Positions 30,187 to 42,835 of a stretch of DNA of 64,000 bases are shown one piece after another; the first letter of the stretch is position 1; each line of letters starts with the position of its first letter. The stretch is from Actinomycetota bacterium. Lineage in GTDB: Bacteria; Actinomycetota; UBA4738; HRBIN12. Under the pieces are notes generated by a model. That model did no database searches and was not told the origin of the DNA. It was given only the letters and a program-made list of their open reading frames with translations. The translations under genes and the position numbers were made by a program. The stretch spans positions 811 to 64,810 of the forward strand of contig JBKPKU010000086.1 in assembly GCA_046731295.1 (NCBI GenBank), in the 5' to 3' direction.

Positions 30187-31146
30187 TCAGGTCTTCCTTG
30201 CGCGGATCTCCTGGATCACCTGCGGCACGACCGTGAGCGCGTCGCCCACGATCCCGAGGTCGGCCATCCGGAAGATCGGCGCGTCTGCGTCCCTGTTGAT
30301 CGCGACGATCCGCTTGGCGCCCTTCATGCCGACGACGTGCTGCGTCGCGCCGCTGATGCCGACCGCGATATAGACCTCCGGCTTGACCGTCTTGCCGGTC
30401 TGGCCCACTTGGTAGGAGTACGGCACCCAGCCGGCGTCCACGACCGCGCGGCTGGCGCCCACCGCCGCGTCGCCGATGGCCTCGGCCAGCTCGTCGAGCA
30501 GCGAGAAGTTCGAGGCGTCCTGCAGGCCGCGGCCGCCCGCGATCACCACCTTCGCGTCCTCCATCCGCGGACCCGAGGCCGCCTCCTCGTGACGTTCGAC
30601 GCGGCGTGCGGTCGCGAGCTCGTCCGGGATCTCGACCTCGACGGGCTGCACGTCGGCGGTCCCGCCGCTCGGTTCGGCCGGGAACGACTTCGGGCGGACC
30701 AGGACGAGGCGAGGCGTCGGCCCCTCGAGCGCGACGTCCACGACCCGGCTGCCTCCGAAGATCTGCGTCTGGGCCTTGTCGATCGCGGTCACGTCCGTGG
30801 CGTTGCTCATGAGTGTGGAGCCGCTCTTCGCCTGCAGCCGGCCGGCCACGTCGCGGGCGTCGTAACTCGTCGAGAACAGGACGAGGTCGGGGCGGTGCCG
30901 TTCGACCAGCGTGTGCAAGGCGTGCGCGGCCGGCTGCCCGAGCGCGTCCGCGTACACTGGATCGTCGCTCGCGTACACGGTGGCCGCGCCGTGCTCGCCG
31001 AGCGCGGGCGCGGCGGCCGTCGCCCCGGGCCCGAGCGCGACCCCGGCAACCTCGTCGCCGATCTCCCTGGCCTTCGTCAGCAGCTCGAGCGCGGCGGCGC
31101 TCGGGCCGTCGGGCGTGACCTCGGCGTAGACCCAGACCGTCGTCAC
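30187..31146 (-). CDS. etfA: Electron transfer flavoprotein alpha subunit
   Basis: The C-terminal FAD-binding region reads QVGQTGKTVKPEVYIAVGISGATQHVVGM. Confidence 0.9.
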   Translation of the reverse strand: MTTVWVYAEVTPDGPSAAALELLTKAREIGDEVAGVALGPGATAAAPALGEHGAATVYASDDPVYADALGQPAAHALHTLVERHRPDLVLFSTSYDARDVAGRLQAKSGSTLMSNATDVTAIDKAQTQIFGGSRVVDVALEGPTPRLVLVRPKSFPAEPSGGTADVQPVEVEIPDELATARRVERHEEAASGPRMEDAKVVIAGGRGLQDASNFSLLDELAEAIGDAAVGASRAVVDAGWVPYSYQVGQTGKTVKPEVYIAVGISGATQHVVGMKGAKRIVAINRDADAPIFRMADLGIVGDALTVVPQVIQEIRARKT

Positions 31147-31147
31147 G

Positions 31148-31915
31148 TCAGATCGCCTTCGCCTCGGCCAGCAGGTCGGCGACCTTTGCGGCGGCGTCGT
31201 CGCTCGCCTGGATCACGACGCCGGCGGCCTTGCCCGGCGCGTCGGAGACGGAGAGCACGCGCTGCGTGGGCGCGACGTCGGTTTCGGCGAGGCCGAGATC
31301 GGCGAGCGCGAGCTGCTCGAGCGGTTTGGACTTCGCGGCCATGATGCCCTTGAGGGTGGGGTAGCGGGGCTCGGCGGCGCTCCCGGTCACCGTCACGAGC
31401 GCCGGCAGCGGGCACGTGACCACGTCGTAGCCGGCCTCGGTCTGGCGTTCGACGCGCAGGGCGCCGTTCTCGAGCTCCACCGCGCGGGCGAAGGTGGCGC
31501 TCGGAATGCCGAGCAGCTCTGCCACGGTCATCGGCAGCGTGCCGGTGTACCCGTCGGTCGACTCGACGCCGGCCAGCACGAGGTCGAACGGCGACCGCTT
31601 CACGGCCGCCGCGAGCACCCGAGCGGTCGCGAGCGCGTCGGCGCCTCGGAGCGCCGGGTCGGTGACCTGCAGTCCTCCGGCCGCACCCATCGAGAACCCT
31701 TTGCGAAGCGCGGCCTGCGCCACCTGGGGGCCCATCGAGACGAGCGTGACCTCCCCGCCCTCGGACTCGGCCAGCTGGAGCGCGGCCTCGATCGCGAACT
31801 CGTCACCGGGGTCGAGTGCGCCCGCGGCGCCCTCGCGCACCAGCATCAGGTCCTCGCCGAGGGTCGGCGTTCCCTGGGGTTCGGGCACGTACTTGACCAG
31901 GACCACGATCTGCAC
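31148..31915 (-). CDS. etfB: Electron transfer flavoprotein beta subunit
   Basis: GTG 31915 lies in frame in ORF 31148-32008. The N-terminus is VQIVVLVKYVPEP, and the gene ends 1 nt before etfA. Confidence 0.88.
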   Translation of the reverse strand: MQIVVLVKYVPEPQGTPTLGEDLMLVREGAAGALDPGDEFAIEAALQLAESEGGEVTLVSMGPQVAQAALRKGFSMGAAGGLQVTDPALRGADALATARVLAAAVKRSPFDLVLAGVESTDGYTGTLPMTVAELLGIPSATFARAVELENGALRVERQTEAGYDVVTCPLPALVTVTGSAAEPRYPTLKGIMAAKSKPLEQLALADLGLAETDVAPTQRVLSVSDAPGKAAGVVIQASDDAAAKVADLLAEAKAI

Positions 31916-31954
31916 GGGTGCGCACCTCCGTCGGACGACCGCGTCGAGGATAAC

Positions 31955-31981
31955 CGCCGGGGGAGCGCTCCCGTTCGGCGG
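31955..31981. promoter_or_regulatory. Extended palindrome CCGCCG-GGGAGCGCTCCC-GTT-CGGCGG in the etfB/mnmA divergent region
   Basis: A perfect 12-bp core at 31961-31972 with matching flanking arms. TAGCAT (31995-32000) lies 6 nt before the mnmA ATG. Confidence 0.3.
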
Positions 31982-32006
31982 GCCGGTCACCTCGTAGCAT
32001 CTGGGC

Positions 32007-33080
32007 ATGTCCTCGAGGGGTTCGGTCCTGGTCGCGATGTCGGGCGGCGTCGACTCGTCGGTCGCCGCGTGCCTGCTCCAGGAGCAGGGCTACGAGCTCG
32101 TGGGCTCGCACATGCGGCTGGTGCACCTGGACGGCGTCGAGCATGGCTGCTGCGGCCCGGCCGCCCGACGCGACGCGGCCGAGGTCGCCCGGATCGCCGG
32201 GTTCCCGTTCGAGATCTGCGACCTGACCGGCGCGTTCGAGCGCGCCGTGATCGCCGACTTCGTGGCCGAGCACGAGGCGGGGCGCACGCCGAACCCGTGC
32301 GCGCGCTGCAACGGGGAGATCAAGTTCGGGGCGTTCCTTCGGCGGGCGGACGAGCTGGGCGTGGCGTTCGTCGCGACGGGCCACTACGTGCGGAGCGCGT
32401 TCGAGGACAGGCGGTGGCGCCTGCTGCGCGGCGCCGACGCGTCGAAGGACCAGTCGTACATGCTGCACATGCTCGGGCAGCGGGAGCTCGAGCGGTCGTT
32501 GTTCCCGGTCGGCGGCATGCAGAAGGCCGAGACGCGCGCTCTCGCCGAGCGGTTCGGCCTGCCGGTCGCGAGCAAGCCGGACTCGCAGGAGCTGTGCTTC
32601 GCGCCGAGCGGGGAGGCAGGCTCGTACCTGGCGAGCGTCGCGCCCGACCTGATGACCGAGGGCGACGTCGTGGACGTGGACGGTCGCCTGCTGGCCCGAC
32701 ACGGCGGTGCGGCGTCGTTCACCGTGGGCCAGCGGCGGGGCCTGGGGGTCTCGGGGCCGGAGCCGTCGTACGTGCTGGAGGTCGACGCCGCGGCGCGGCG
32801 TGTGGTGGTCGGGCCGGCGGAGCTGCTCGCACGCTCGGGGCTCGTGGCCGACCGCGTGTCGTGGGTGGCCGGCGGGCCGCCCTCGGACGGCCCGTTCGAG
32901 GCCGAGGTCCGGATCCGCTACCGGGGCGAGGACGTGCCCGCCGTGATCGAGCCCTCGGGTGACCACGTGCGCGTGGAGTTCCGGACGCCGCAGCGCGGCG
33001 TGGCCCCCGGCCAGGGCGCGGTCGTCTACCGGGGCGACGAGCTCCTGGGCGGCGGCCGGATCGTCCACTCCGTCCGCTGA
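32007..33080 (+). CDS. mnmA: tRNA-specific 2-thiouridylase
   Basis: PP-loop VAMSGGVDSSVAA, plus CNGEIKF and ATGHY. Confidence 0.92.
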   Translation: MSSRGSVLVAMSGGVDSSVAACLLQEQGYELVGSHMRLVHLDGVEHGCCGPAARRDAAEVARIAGFPFEICDLTGAFERAVIADFVAEHEAGRTPNPCARCNGEIKFGAFLRRADELGVAFVATGHYVRSAFEDRRWRLLRGADASKDQSYMLHMLGQRELERSLFPVGGMQKAETRALAERFGLPVASKPDSQELCFAPSGEAGSYLASVAPDLMTEGDVVDVDGRLLARHGGAASFTVGQRRGLGVSGPEPSYVLEVDAAARRVVVGPAELLARSGLVADRVSWVAGGPPSDGPFEAEVRIRYRGEDVPAVIEPSGDHVRVEFRTPQRGVAPGQGAVVYRGDELLGGGRIVHSVR

Positions 33081-33160
33081 CGGCGCACACGTCGTTCGTC
33101 GAGGCAACGCGGGAGGGTCGCCGGTCGCGGATATCATCGGGCGATGGAGGCCCGGCCCGC

Positions 33161-35894
<2,734 letters not shown>

Positions 35895-35951
35895 AGCGCG
35901 CCCTGAAGCACCTGTGGCACGATGCCCGCGCCCCCGAACGAGGGAGACGCG

Positions 35952-36869
35952 ATGACGGCCGTCGTGATCGACGGGAACGCGATCGCCGAGCAGCTGCGCC
36001 GAAGCATTGCCGAGGAGCTGCAGGTGCTGCGCCTGTCCGAGGTTCGGCCCGGGCTCGCGACGGTGCTGATCGGAGACTCGTTCGACGCGCAGGCGTACGA
36101 GAGGCACGTCAAGCGCCTGGCCGAGAGCCTCGAGTACCGCTACGTCTGCGAGCGCCTGCCCGAAGACATCGAGCTCGACGACGTGATCGCCACGCTCGGC
36201 AAGCTCAACGCCGACCCGCGCATCACCGGGATCCTGGTCCTGCACCCGCTCCCGGACCACATCCCCGAGGCCGAGATGAACAGCGCGGTCGACCCCCGAA
36301 AGGACATCGAGGCGGTGCATCCCATGAATGCCGGCCTGCTCGCGCAGGGGCGCCCGCGCTTCCTGCCCTCGACGCCGGCCTCGTGCTTCTACCTGCTCGA
36401 CCACTACGCCGACACCAACGGCGGCGGCCACGAGAGCTTCTATTCGGGCCGGACGCTGGTGGTGATCGGGCGTTCGAACAGCGTGGGCAAGCCGGCGCAG
36501 ATGCTGGGGCTCCAGCGCAACGCGACGGTGATCGCGTGCCACAGCCGCACCAAGCCGCTGGAGGAGTACACGCGGCAGGCCGACATCCTGCTGGTGGCGG
36601 CCGGCGTGCGCGGGATCGTGGACGGCTCGATGGTCAAGGAGGGCGTCGTCGCGGTCGACGTCGGGATCCACGCGATCAAGGACGAGGAGACCGGCAAGAC
36701 CAAGATGGTCGGGGACCTGGACTTCGCGAGCGTGGCCGAGAAGGCCGAGGCGATCACGCCGGTCCCGGGCGGGGTCGGTCCGATCACGGACGTCTGGCTG
36801 GTCGGCAATGCGCTGATGGCGGCGGCCATCGCCCACCAGGTCGAGCCGCGGTTCGGCCTGTTCCGCTAG
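35952..36869 (+). CDS. folD: Bifunctional methylenetetrahydrofolate dehydrogenase/cyclohydrolase-like
   Basis: ATG 35952 lies in frame in ORF 35922-36869. Motifs are PGLATVLIGD, VIGRSNSVGKP and PVPGGVGPIT. It has two insertions relative to the typical FolD of about 285 aa. Confidence 0.8.
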   Translation: MTAVVIDGNAIAEQLRRSIAEELQVLRLSEVRPGLATVLIGDSFDAQAYERHVKRLAESLEYRYVCERLPEDIELDDVIATLGKLNADPRITGILVLHPLPDHIPEAEMNSAVDPRKDIEAVHPMNAGLLAQGRPRFLPSTPASCFYLLDHYADTNGGGHESFYSGRTLVVIGRSNSVGKPAQMLGLQRNATVIACHSRTKPLEEYTRQADILLVAAGVRGIVDGSMVKEGVVAVDVGIHAIKDEETGKTKMVGDLDFASVAEKAEAITPVPGGVGPITDVWLVGNALMAAAIAHQVEPRFGLFR

Positions 36870-36887
36870 GGCCGTAGACTGCCGCGC

Positions 36888-37178
36888 ATGCCGGTCGAGA
36901 TCGACATCGAGCACGTCGCGCGCCTAGCGCGACTCGAACTCACCGATCAGGAGAAGGCGCGGCTTCGAGAGCAGCTCGGCGCGATCCTCGAGCACGCCGC
37001 GAAGGTGGGCGAGGTGGCGGCCGACGACGTGCCGCCGACCGCCTACGCCATCCCGCGCTCGAACGTCCTGCGGCCCGACGAGGTCACGCCCTCGCTGCCG
37101 GTCGAGGAGGTCCTGGCCAACGCGCCCGAGGTCGAGGACGACCGCTTCAAGGTGCCGAAGATCGCGGAGGTCGAGTGA
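36888..37178 (+). CDS. gatC: Glu/Asp-tRNA amidotransferase subunit C
   Basis: A 96-aa protein with [14 protein letters not shown], directly upstream of gatA with a 4-nt overlap. Confidence 0.9.
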   Translation: MPVEIDIEHVARLARLELTDQEKARLREQLGAILEHAAKVGEVAADDVPPTAYAIPRSNVLRPDEVTPSLPVEEVLANAPEVEDDRFKVPKIAEVE

Positions 37179-38647
37179 GCGAGCTCTGCGACCTCACCGC
37201 GACCGAGCTCGGCACCAAGCTGCGGGCGGGTGAGGTCTCGAGCGTCGAGATCCTCGAGTCCTGCCTCGGCCGGATCGACGCCGTCGACTCCCGGGTCGAG
37301 GCCTTCCTCGAACGCACCAACGATCTCGCGCGCGAGCAGGCCCGCGCGGCGGACGTGCGCATCGCCGCCGGCGACGCCGCGCCGGCCGCCGGCATCCCGC
37401 TCGCGCTCAAGGACGTGCTCTCGACGCGCGGCGTCACGACGACGTGCGGGTCGAAGATCCTCGAGACCTACGTGCCGCCGTTCGACTGCACGCCGTGGAA
37501 GCGCCTCAAGACCGACGGCGGCGTGCTGCTCGGCAAGACGAACTGCGACGAGTTCGCGATGGGCTCGTCGAACGAGAACTCGGCGTTCGGGCCGGTGCAC
37601 AACCCCTGGGACCTGTCGATGGTGCCGGGCGGCTCGAGCGGCGGCAGCGCCGCGGCCGTCGCCGCGGGCGAGGCCGTGTGGGCGCTCGGGACCGACACCG
37701 GCGGCTCGGTGCGCCAGCCGGCATCGTTGTCGGGCGTCGTCGGGTTCAAGCCCACGTACGGGCTCGTCAGCCGGTATGGGCTGATCGCGTTCGCTTCCTC
37801 GCTCGACACGATCGGAACCTTCACACGCAGCGTTCGAGACGCGGCAGCGCTGCTCTCGGCGATCGCCGGCAAAGATCCGATGGACGCGACGAGCCTGGAC
37901 CAGCCCAGGCGCGACTACACCGAGGGGCTCGACCAGCCGGTGCAAGGTCTCCGCGTCGGCGTCGTGAAGGAGGCGTTCGGCGAGGGCGTCGAGCCCGGTG
38001 TGAGAACGAGCGTCCAGGCCGCGATCGACCGGCTGTCCGAGCTCGGCGCGACGGTGAGCGAGGCCTCGCTGCCCCACGCGGACTACGCGCTCTCGGCCTA
38101 CTACCTGATCGCGCCCTCCGAGGCCTCGTCGAACCTGGCGCGCTACGACGGCGTTCGGTACGGGCTGCGCGTCGGCGGCGCGGACTCGGTCGAGATGATG
38201 ACCAGGACGCGCGGGGCCGGATTCGGCGCCGAGGTCAAGCGGCGGATCATGCTCGGCACGTACGCGCTGTCGGCCGGCTACTACGAGGCGTACTACGGCC
38301 AGGCGCAGAAGGTCCGAACGCTGATCATCCGCGACTACGAGGCCGCGTTCGCCGACGTCGACCTGCTGGTCTCGCCGACCTCGCCGACAACCGCGTTCCC
38401 GATCGGCGCGAAGGTGGACGACCCGCTCGCGATGTACCTGAACGACGTGTTCACGATCCCGGCCAACCTGTCTGGCATGCCGGCGATCTCGATCCCGAGC
38501 GGCCTGGATGACGCCGGCCTGCCGGTGGGGGTCCAGCTCACGGGCCCGGTCCTGTCCGAGCCCACGGTGCTACGGGTCGCGAACGCCCTCGAGGGCGCGG
38601 TTGGGTTCGACGCCCGCCCCGCGCTGATCACGCAGCTCGCCGCGTAG
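37175..38647 (+). CDS. gatA: Glu/Asp-tRNA amidotransferase subunit A
   Basis: The amidase signature [12 protein letters not shown] is present. Confidence 0.93.
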   Translation: MSELCDLTATELGTKLRAGEVSSVEILESCLGRIDAVDSRVEAFLERTNDLAREQARAADVRIAAGDAAPAAGIPLALKDVLSTRGVTTTCGSKILETYVPPFDCTPWKRLKTDGGVLLGKTNCDEFAMGSSNENSAFGPVHNPWDLSMVPGGSSGGSAAAVAAGEAVWALGTDTGGSVRQPASLSGVVGFKPTYGLVSRYGLIAFASSLDTIGTFTRSVRDAAALLSAIAGKDPMDATSLDQPRRDYTEGLDQPVQGLRVGVVKEAFGEGVEPGVRTSVQAAIDRLSELGATVSEASLPHADYALSAYYLIAPSEASSNLARYDGVRYGLRVGGADSVEMMTRTRGAGFGAEVKRRIMLGTYALSAGYYEAYYGQAQKVRTLIIRDYEAAFADVDLLVSPTSPTTAFPIGAKVDDPLAMYLNDVFTIPANLSGMPAISIPSGLDDAGLPVGVQLTGPVLSEPTVLRVANALEGAVGFDARPALITQLAA

Positions 38648-38916
38648 CAACCTTTCTTTCGAAAGGGTTCATGGAACCGACCCCCAGCCCCTGGTCGGGT
38701 CCGGGATCCCCGACGACCATCCACCGGTGCAGCTCATGGTCCGGATCGAGCTGGTCGAGGAGCGACCGGGCGGCTGCTCGTTGGCGTACCGGATCCCGGA
38801 CGACTCCGCGTTGCTCGGCAAGCACGGTACCCGCGGCCGAGCATTCACTGCGTTCCGAGACATCTTCGTCGGGGAGGATCGACGTCCTCGTTCGCGAATT
38901 CGCCGACGAAGAATAG

Positions 38917-39918
38917 CTAGGCGACCGCTTCCTCCGGTTCCGCCGCCGGTCGTTCGGGATCCGCGCGAGCGCTTCCGCCCCCGGTCACGATCAGCGCCAC
39001 CGCGACCACGATGAGCGCGCCGGCCACGAGCGTCGAAAGCGTGAGCGACTCGTCCAGGATCAGCGACCCGACGATCACCGCGCCGATCGGCGTCACGTAC
39101 GCGTAGGTGGCGACGAGCGAGGTGCGGGCGTTCCGCAGCAGCCACAGGTAGCACGTGAACCCGATCCACGAGCCCACGACGACCAGGTACGCGACCGCGA
39201 TCCACGACGCGCGCGAGACCGTCGACGGATGGAAGTCGCCGAACTCGCCGAGCAGACCGCCGACCAGGAAGAAGAACAGCGCGGCCACCACCATCTCCAT
39301 CCCGGCGGCCACCAGGGGGCGTTCGGGCAGGGCGGCGTGGCGCTGGTAGATCGAGCCGACCGCCCAGCTGGCCGCGGCGCCGAGCGCGAGGATCAGCCCG
39401 CCCATGTCGATCTCGCCCTCGAGCGCGTTCCCGCCCACCAGGAGCGCCGCACCGACGAACCCGACCGTGAGCCCGATCACGACCATGCGCGGCTGCCGGT
39501 GCCCGAGCACCAACCGGTCGATCGCGACCATCCACAGCGGGACGGTCGCGATCGCGAGCCCGGCCATGCCGGAGGGGATCGTGCGCTCGGCCCACACGAT
39601 GCCGCCGTTGCCGCCGAACATCATGAACAGCGCGACGACTGCGGCTCCCCTCCACTGCGTGGCCTTCGGCCGGTCGCCGGCCCGGTCGCCGAAGCTCAGC
39701 GCGATCGGCAGCAGCAGGCCGCCCGCCACCAGGAACCGCAGGCCGCCGGCGAGCATCGGGGGGATCGTCTCGTTCGCGACGCGGATGCCGACGAACGTCG
39801 TGCTCCACGCGACGTAGACGAGGGAGAGCGCGGTCCAGATCGCGGCGGTGGAAGCGCCCCGGCGAGCGTTCGGCAGCACGACCGGGGCGGACATGCGCCC
39901 CACGATACGGCGCGCCAC
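38917..39918 (-). CDS. EamA/DMT-family transporter
   Basis: About 10 TM segments in the two-repeat EamA architecture. The start could also be the Met at 39894. Confidence 0.8.
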   Translation of the reverse strand: MARRIVGRMSAPVVLPNARRGASTAAIWTALSLVYVAWSTTFVGIRVANETIPPMLAGGLRFLVAGGLLLPIALSFGDRAGDRPKATQWRGAAVVALFMMFGGNGGIVWAERTIPSGMAGLAIATVPLWMVAIDRLVLGHRQPRMVVIGLTVGFVGAALLVGGNALEGEIDMGGLILALGAAASWAVGSIYQRHAALPERPLVAAGMEMVVAALFFFLVGGLLGEFGDFHPSTVSRASWIAVAYLVVVGSWIGFTCYLWLLRNARTSLVATYAYVTPIGAVIVGSLILDESLTLSTLVAGALIVVAVALIVTGGGSARADPERPAAEPEEAVA

Positions 39919-40011
39919 AGGTAGGCGTCACTGCCGTGCGAACCTTTGGCGGTTACCGCCCGCCGGGCCGCCGGCGGGTCCGACGCACGCCTCCGCTAGG
40001 CTTTGCCCGAC

Positions 40012-41466
40012 ATGGCCGCCGAGTACGAGACCGTGATCGGGCTCGAGTGCCACATCGAGCTCTCGACCGACACGAAGATGTTCTGCGGATGCCGGAACGC
40101 GTTCGGCGCGCCGCCGAACACGAACGTGTGCCCCGTGTGCCTCGGCCTGCCGGGCTCGCTCCCGGTCCCCAACGAGAAGGCGATCGAGTCCATCGTGCGG
40201 ATCGGGCTGGCACTCGGGTCCGCGATCGCGCCGAACTCACTGTTCCATCGGAAGAACTACTTCTATCCGGACATGCCGAAGGACTACCAGATCAGCCAGT
40301 ACGACTTGCCGGTGTGCGTGGGCGGGACCCTCGAGATCGAGGTCGACGGCGAGAGGCGATCGATCGGCATCACGCGCGTGCACATGGAGGAGGACACCGG
40401 CAAGACGATGCACATCGGCCAGGGCGGGCGCATCGGCCAGGCCGCCCACGCGCTTGTGGACTACAACCGCGCCGGCGTGCCGCTCGTCGAATGCGTGTCC
40501 GAGCCCGACATGCGCTCGCCCGAGGAGGCGCGCGCGTACTTCACCGAGCTCCGCGCGACGCTCGAGTCGCTCGACGTCTCCGACGTGCGGATGGAGGAGG
40601 GCTCGCTGCGGGCCGACGCGAACATCTCGACGCGGAGGATCGGGGAGACCGGGCTCGGCACCAAGGTGGAGATCAAGAACCTCAACTCCGTGCGCTCGCT
40701 CGAACGCTCGCTCCGATACGAGGAGGAGCGGCAACGGAAGGCGCTCGACGCGGGCGAGCCGCTTGTGCAGGAGACGCGCCACTTCGACGAGGAGAAGGGC
40801 ACCACGCACACGCTTCGTTCGAAGGAGGAGGCGTTCGACTACCGCTACTTCCCCGAACCCGACCTGCCACCGCTCGAGCCCGACGAGGCGTGGGTCAAGG
40901 ATCTCGGAGCCTCCGTTCCCGAGCTTCCCGCCGCCCGGCGCGACCGCTACGTCGCGCTCGGTCTGAAACCCAACCAGGCCCGGATCCTGGCCGGCTCTGC
41001 CGACACGGCCGCGCTCTTCGAGGAAGCCGTCGGCCTTGGCGCCGATGCGACCTCGGTCGCGAAGTGGATCACCCAGGACGTGGCCGGGCTCCTGAACACG
41101 GCAAAGGTCGACCTGCCCGACACCAACCTCAAGGCGGGCCACCTCGCGGACCTCGTTCGGCTGGTCGGGGACGGCACGGTCTCGGCCACCGGCGCGAAGC
41201 AGGCGCTGGAGGAGGCGTTCGAGACCGGCGACGAGGTCGGGGCGATCGTCGAGCGCCGCGGCCTGAAGCAGGTGCAGGACACCTCCGCGCTCGAGGCGTG
41301 GGTGGACGAGGCGATCGCCGAGAACCCCGGGCCCGTCGAGCAGTACCTGGGCGGCAAGGACGGGGCGCTGAACGCCGTGTTCGGTCAGGTGATGAAGAAG
41401 TCGGGCGGCTCGGCCAATCCGCGGGCCGTCCGCGAGCTGCTCCTCGAGCGCCTGTCGAGGTCGTGA
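40012..41466 (+). CDS. gatB: Glu/Asp-tRNA amidotransferase subunit B
   Basis: N-terminus MAAEYETVIGLECHIEL, with full-length GatB similarity. A TTG at 40003 is an alternative start. Confidence 0.92.
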   Translation: MAAEYETVIGLECHIELSTDTKMFCGCRNAFGAPPNTNVCPVCLGLPGSLPVPNEKAIESIVRIGLALGSAIAPNSLFHRKNYFYPDMPKDYQISQYDLPVCVGGTLEIEVDGERRSIGITRVHMEEDTGKTMHIGQGGRIGQAAHALVDYNRAGVPLVECVSEPDMRSPEEARAYFTELRATLESLDVSDVRMEEGSLRADANISTRRIGETGLGTKVEIKNLNSVRSLERSLRYEEERQRKALDAGEPLVQETRHFDEEKGTTHTLRSKEEAFDYRYFPEPDLPPLEPDEAWVKDLGASVPELPAARRDRYVALGLKPNQARILAGSADTAALFEEAVGLGADATSVAKWITQDVAGLLNTAKVDLPDTNLKAGHLADLVRLVGDGTVSATGAKQALEEAFETGDEVGAIVERRGLKQVQDTSALEAWVDEAIAENPGPVEQYLGGKDGALNAVFGQVMKKSGGSANPRAVRELLLERLSRS

Positions 41467-42731
41467 TCGACCGCCAGGTGAAGGTCGACCGCAGGCCGCG
41501 GCGTTACCCCTGGTGGCAGCTGATCCTGCTCGGGCTCGTCGCGATGGTCGAGGCGCTGTTCCGGCCGCTCGGCCACATGTGGCGTTCGGACGACCCGCTC
41601 GACACGTACGGGCTCGCGCACTTTGGCAGCGTGGCTGGCGACGCGATGGTGGCGATCGCGCTCGCCGATTCGATCTTCTTCCACATCCCGCCCGAGCAGG
41701 CGGAGCTCAAGGTGGCCGGGTTCCTCGCGCTCACGGTCGCGCCGCTCGCGGTGGCCGGGCCGCTGCTCGTGCCGCTGCTCGACCGGGCGGGGCCGCGGCG
41801 CGCGATCTCGTTCGGCGCGGCGCTGGGGCGCGCGCTCGTCTGTGTCTACGCGGCGCCGCGGTTCGGCACGCTGCTGCTGTTCCCGTGCGCCTTCCTCCTG
41901 CTGGTCCTGTCGAAGGTGTACGCGATCACCAGGAATGGGCTCGCGGTGGCCTACGCCGGTCCGAACGAGGGCCTCGTGCGTGCGAACGCGCGGCTCGGCC
42001 GGATCGCCGCCGGCGGCGCGGTGCTGGCGGCCGTGCCGGGTTTCGCGCTCTGGAAGCTCGGCGGCGCCCAGGCGGTGCTGTACGGGGCGGCCGTCGTCTA
42101 CCTCGTCGCCGCGCTGCTGAACCTCCGGCTGCCCCATCCGCACGTGAAGGGCGGACAGGCGAAGGTCTCCCGGCTCGGCGCGATCCCGCAGCTCGCCGCG
42201 CCGGCGATCGGTGCGGCCGGGCTTCGGGCGGCGAGCGGCTTCCTGCTGTTCGCCCTGGCCTTCGGCCTGCGCCGCAGCGGCGAGCCCGCGTGGTGGTTCG
42301 TGGTGCTGGCGGGCGCCGCCACTGCCGGCGGCTTCCTTGGCGACGTGATCGCGCCGCGGCTGCCCTCGAAGCTACGCGAGGAGGCCGTCGTGATCGGCTG
42401 CCTCATCGGGGCCGGGGTCGGCGCGACGCTCTCGTTCTTCGCGTTCGAGTTGTTCGTCCTGGTGCTGTTCGCCGCGGCGGTGGGGGCGTCGTCCGAGCTC
42501 GGGCGGCTCGCGTTCCAGACGCTGATGCAGCGGCTCGCGCCCGAGGGCGCGCTCGGCCGGGTGTTCGTCCGGTACGAGGTCCTGTTCCAGCTCGCGTGGG
42601 TCGCGGGCGCCCTGATCCCGGCGCTCACGCCGATCAACTTCCGGCAGGGGGCCCTGATCCTCGCGGCCCTGTACCTGGTGGCGATCATCGGCTACCTGAC
42701 GCCCGACATCCTGGCGCGGTTGCGCGAGTGA
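41463..42731 (+). CDS. MFS-like polytopic membrane protein
   Basis: GTG 41463 overlaps the gatB stop (GTGA). It is about 422 aa with roughly 12 hydrophobic segments. Confidence 0.65.
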   Translation: MIDRQVKVDRRPRRYPWWQLILLGLVAMVEALFRPLGHMWRSDDPLDTYGLAHFGSVAGDAMVAIALADSIFFHIPPEQAELKVAGFLALTVAPLAVAGPLLVPLLDRAGPRRAISFGAALGRALVCVYAAPRFGTLLLFPCAFLLLVLSKVYAITRNGLAVAYAGPNEGLVRANARLGRIAAGGAVLAAVPGFALWKLGGAQAVLYGAAVVYLVAALLNLRLPHPHVKGGQAKVSRLGAIPQLAAPAIGAAGLRAASGFLLFALAFGLRRSGEPAWWFVVLAGAATAGGFLGDVIAPRLPSKLREEAVVIGCLIGAGVGATLSFFAFELFVLVLFAAAVGASSELGRLAFQTLMQRLAPEGALGRVFVRYEVLFQLAWVAGALIPALTPINFRQGALILAALYLVAIIGYLTPDILARLRE

Positions 42732-42784
42732 GCGACCGCCGCCGAATCCCCCGAACGGTGCGATAGGCTCCCGCGGAAGCCGAT

Positions 42785-42802
42785 CCCGCACGTCGCTGCG
42801 GG
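42785..42802 (+). terminator. Hairpin CCCGCA-N6-TGCGGG after the MFS-like gene
   Basis: A perfect 6-bp inverted repeat with no T tract. Confidence 0.2.
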
Positions 42803-42835
42803 CCGTGGTGGTTCGGATGTGGGGAGGAGCGAGGC

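Noticed and set aside
35895-35951. A ZTP/THF riboswitch before folD, or a glycine riboswitch before the GcvT-like gene (56708-56756).
   Set aside because: The intergenic regions are only about 50-57 nt, too short to hold these aptamers.
38671-38916. An 81-aa plus-strand ORF between gatA and the EamA gene.
   Set aside because: The translation is Ser/Trp/Arg-rich (…HRCSSWSGSSWSRSDRAAARW…) and GC3 is only moderate. A different frame carries the stronger coding-like signal (see the finding on this gap).
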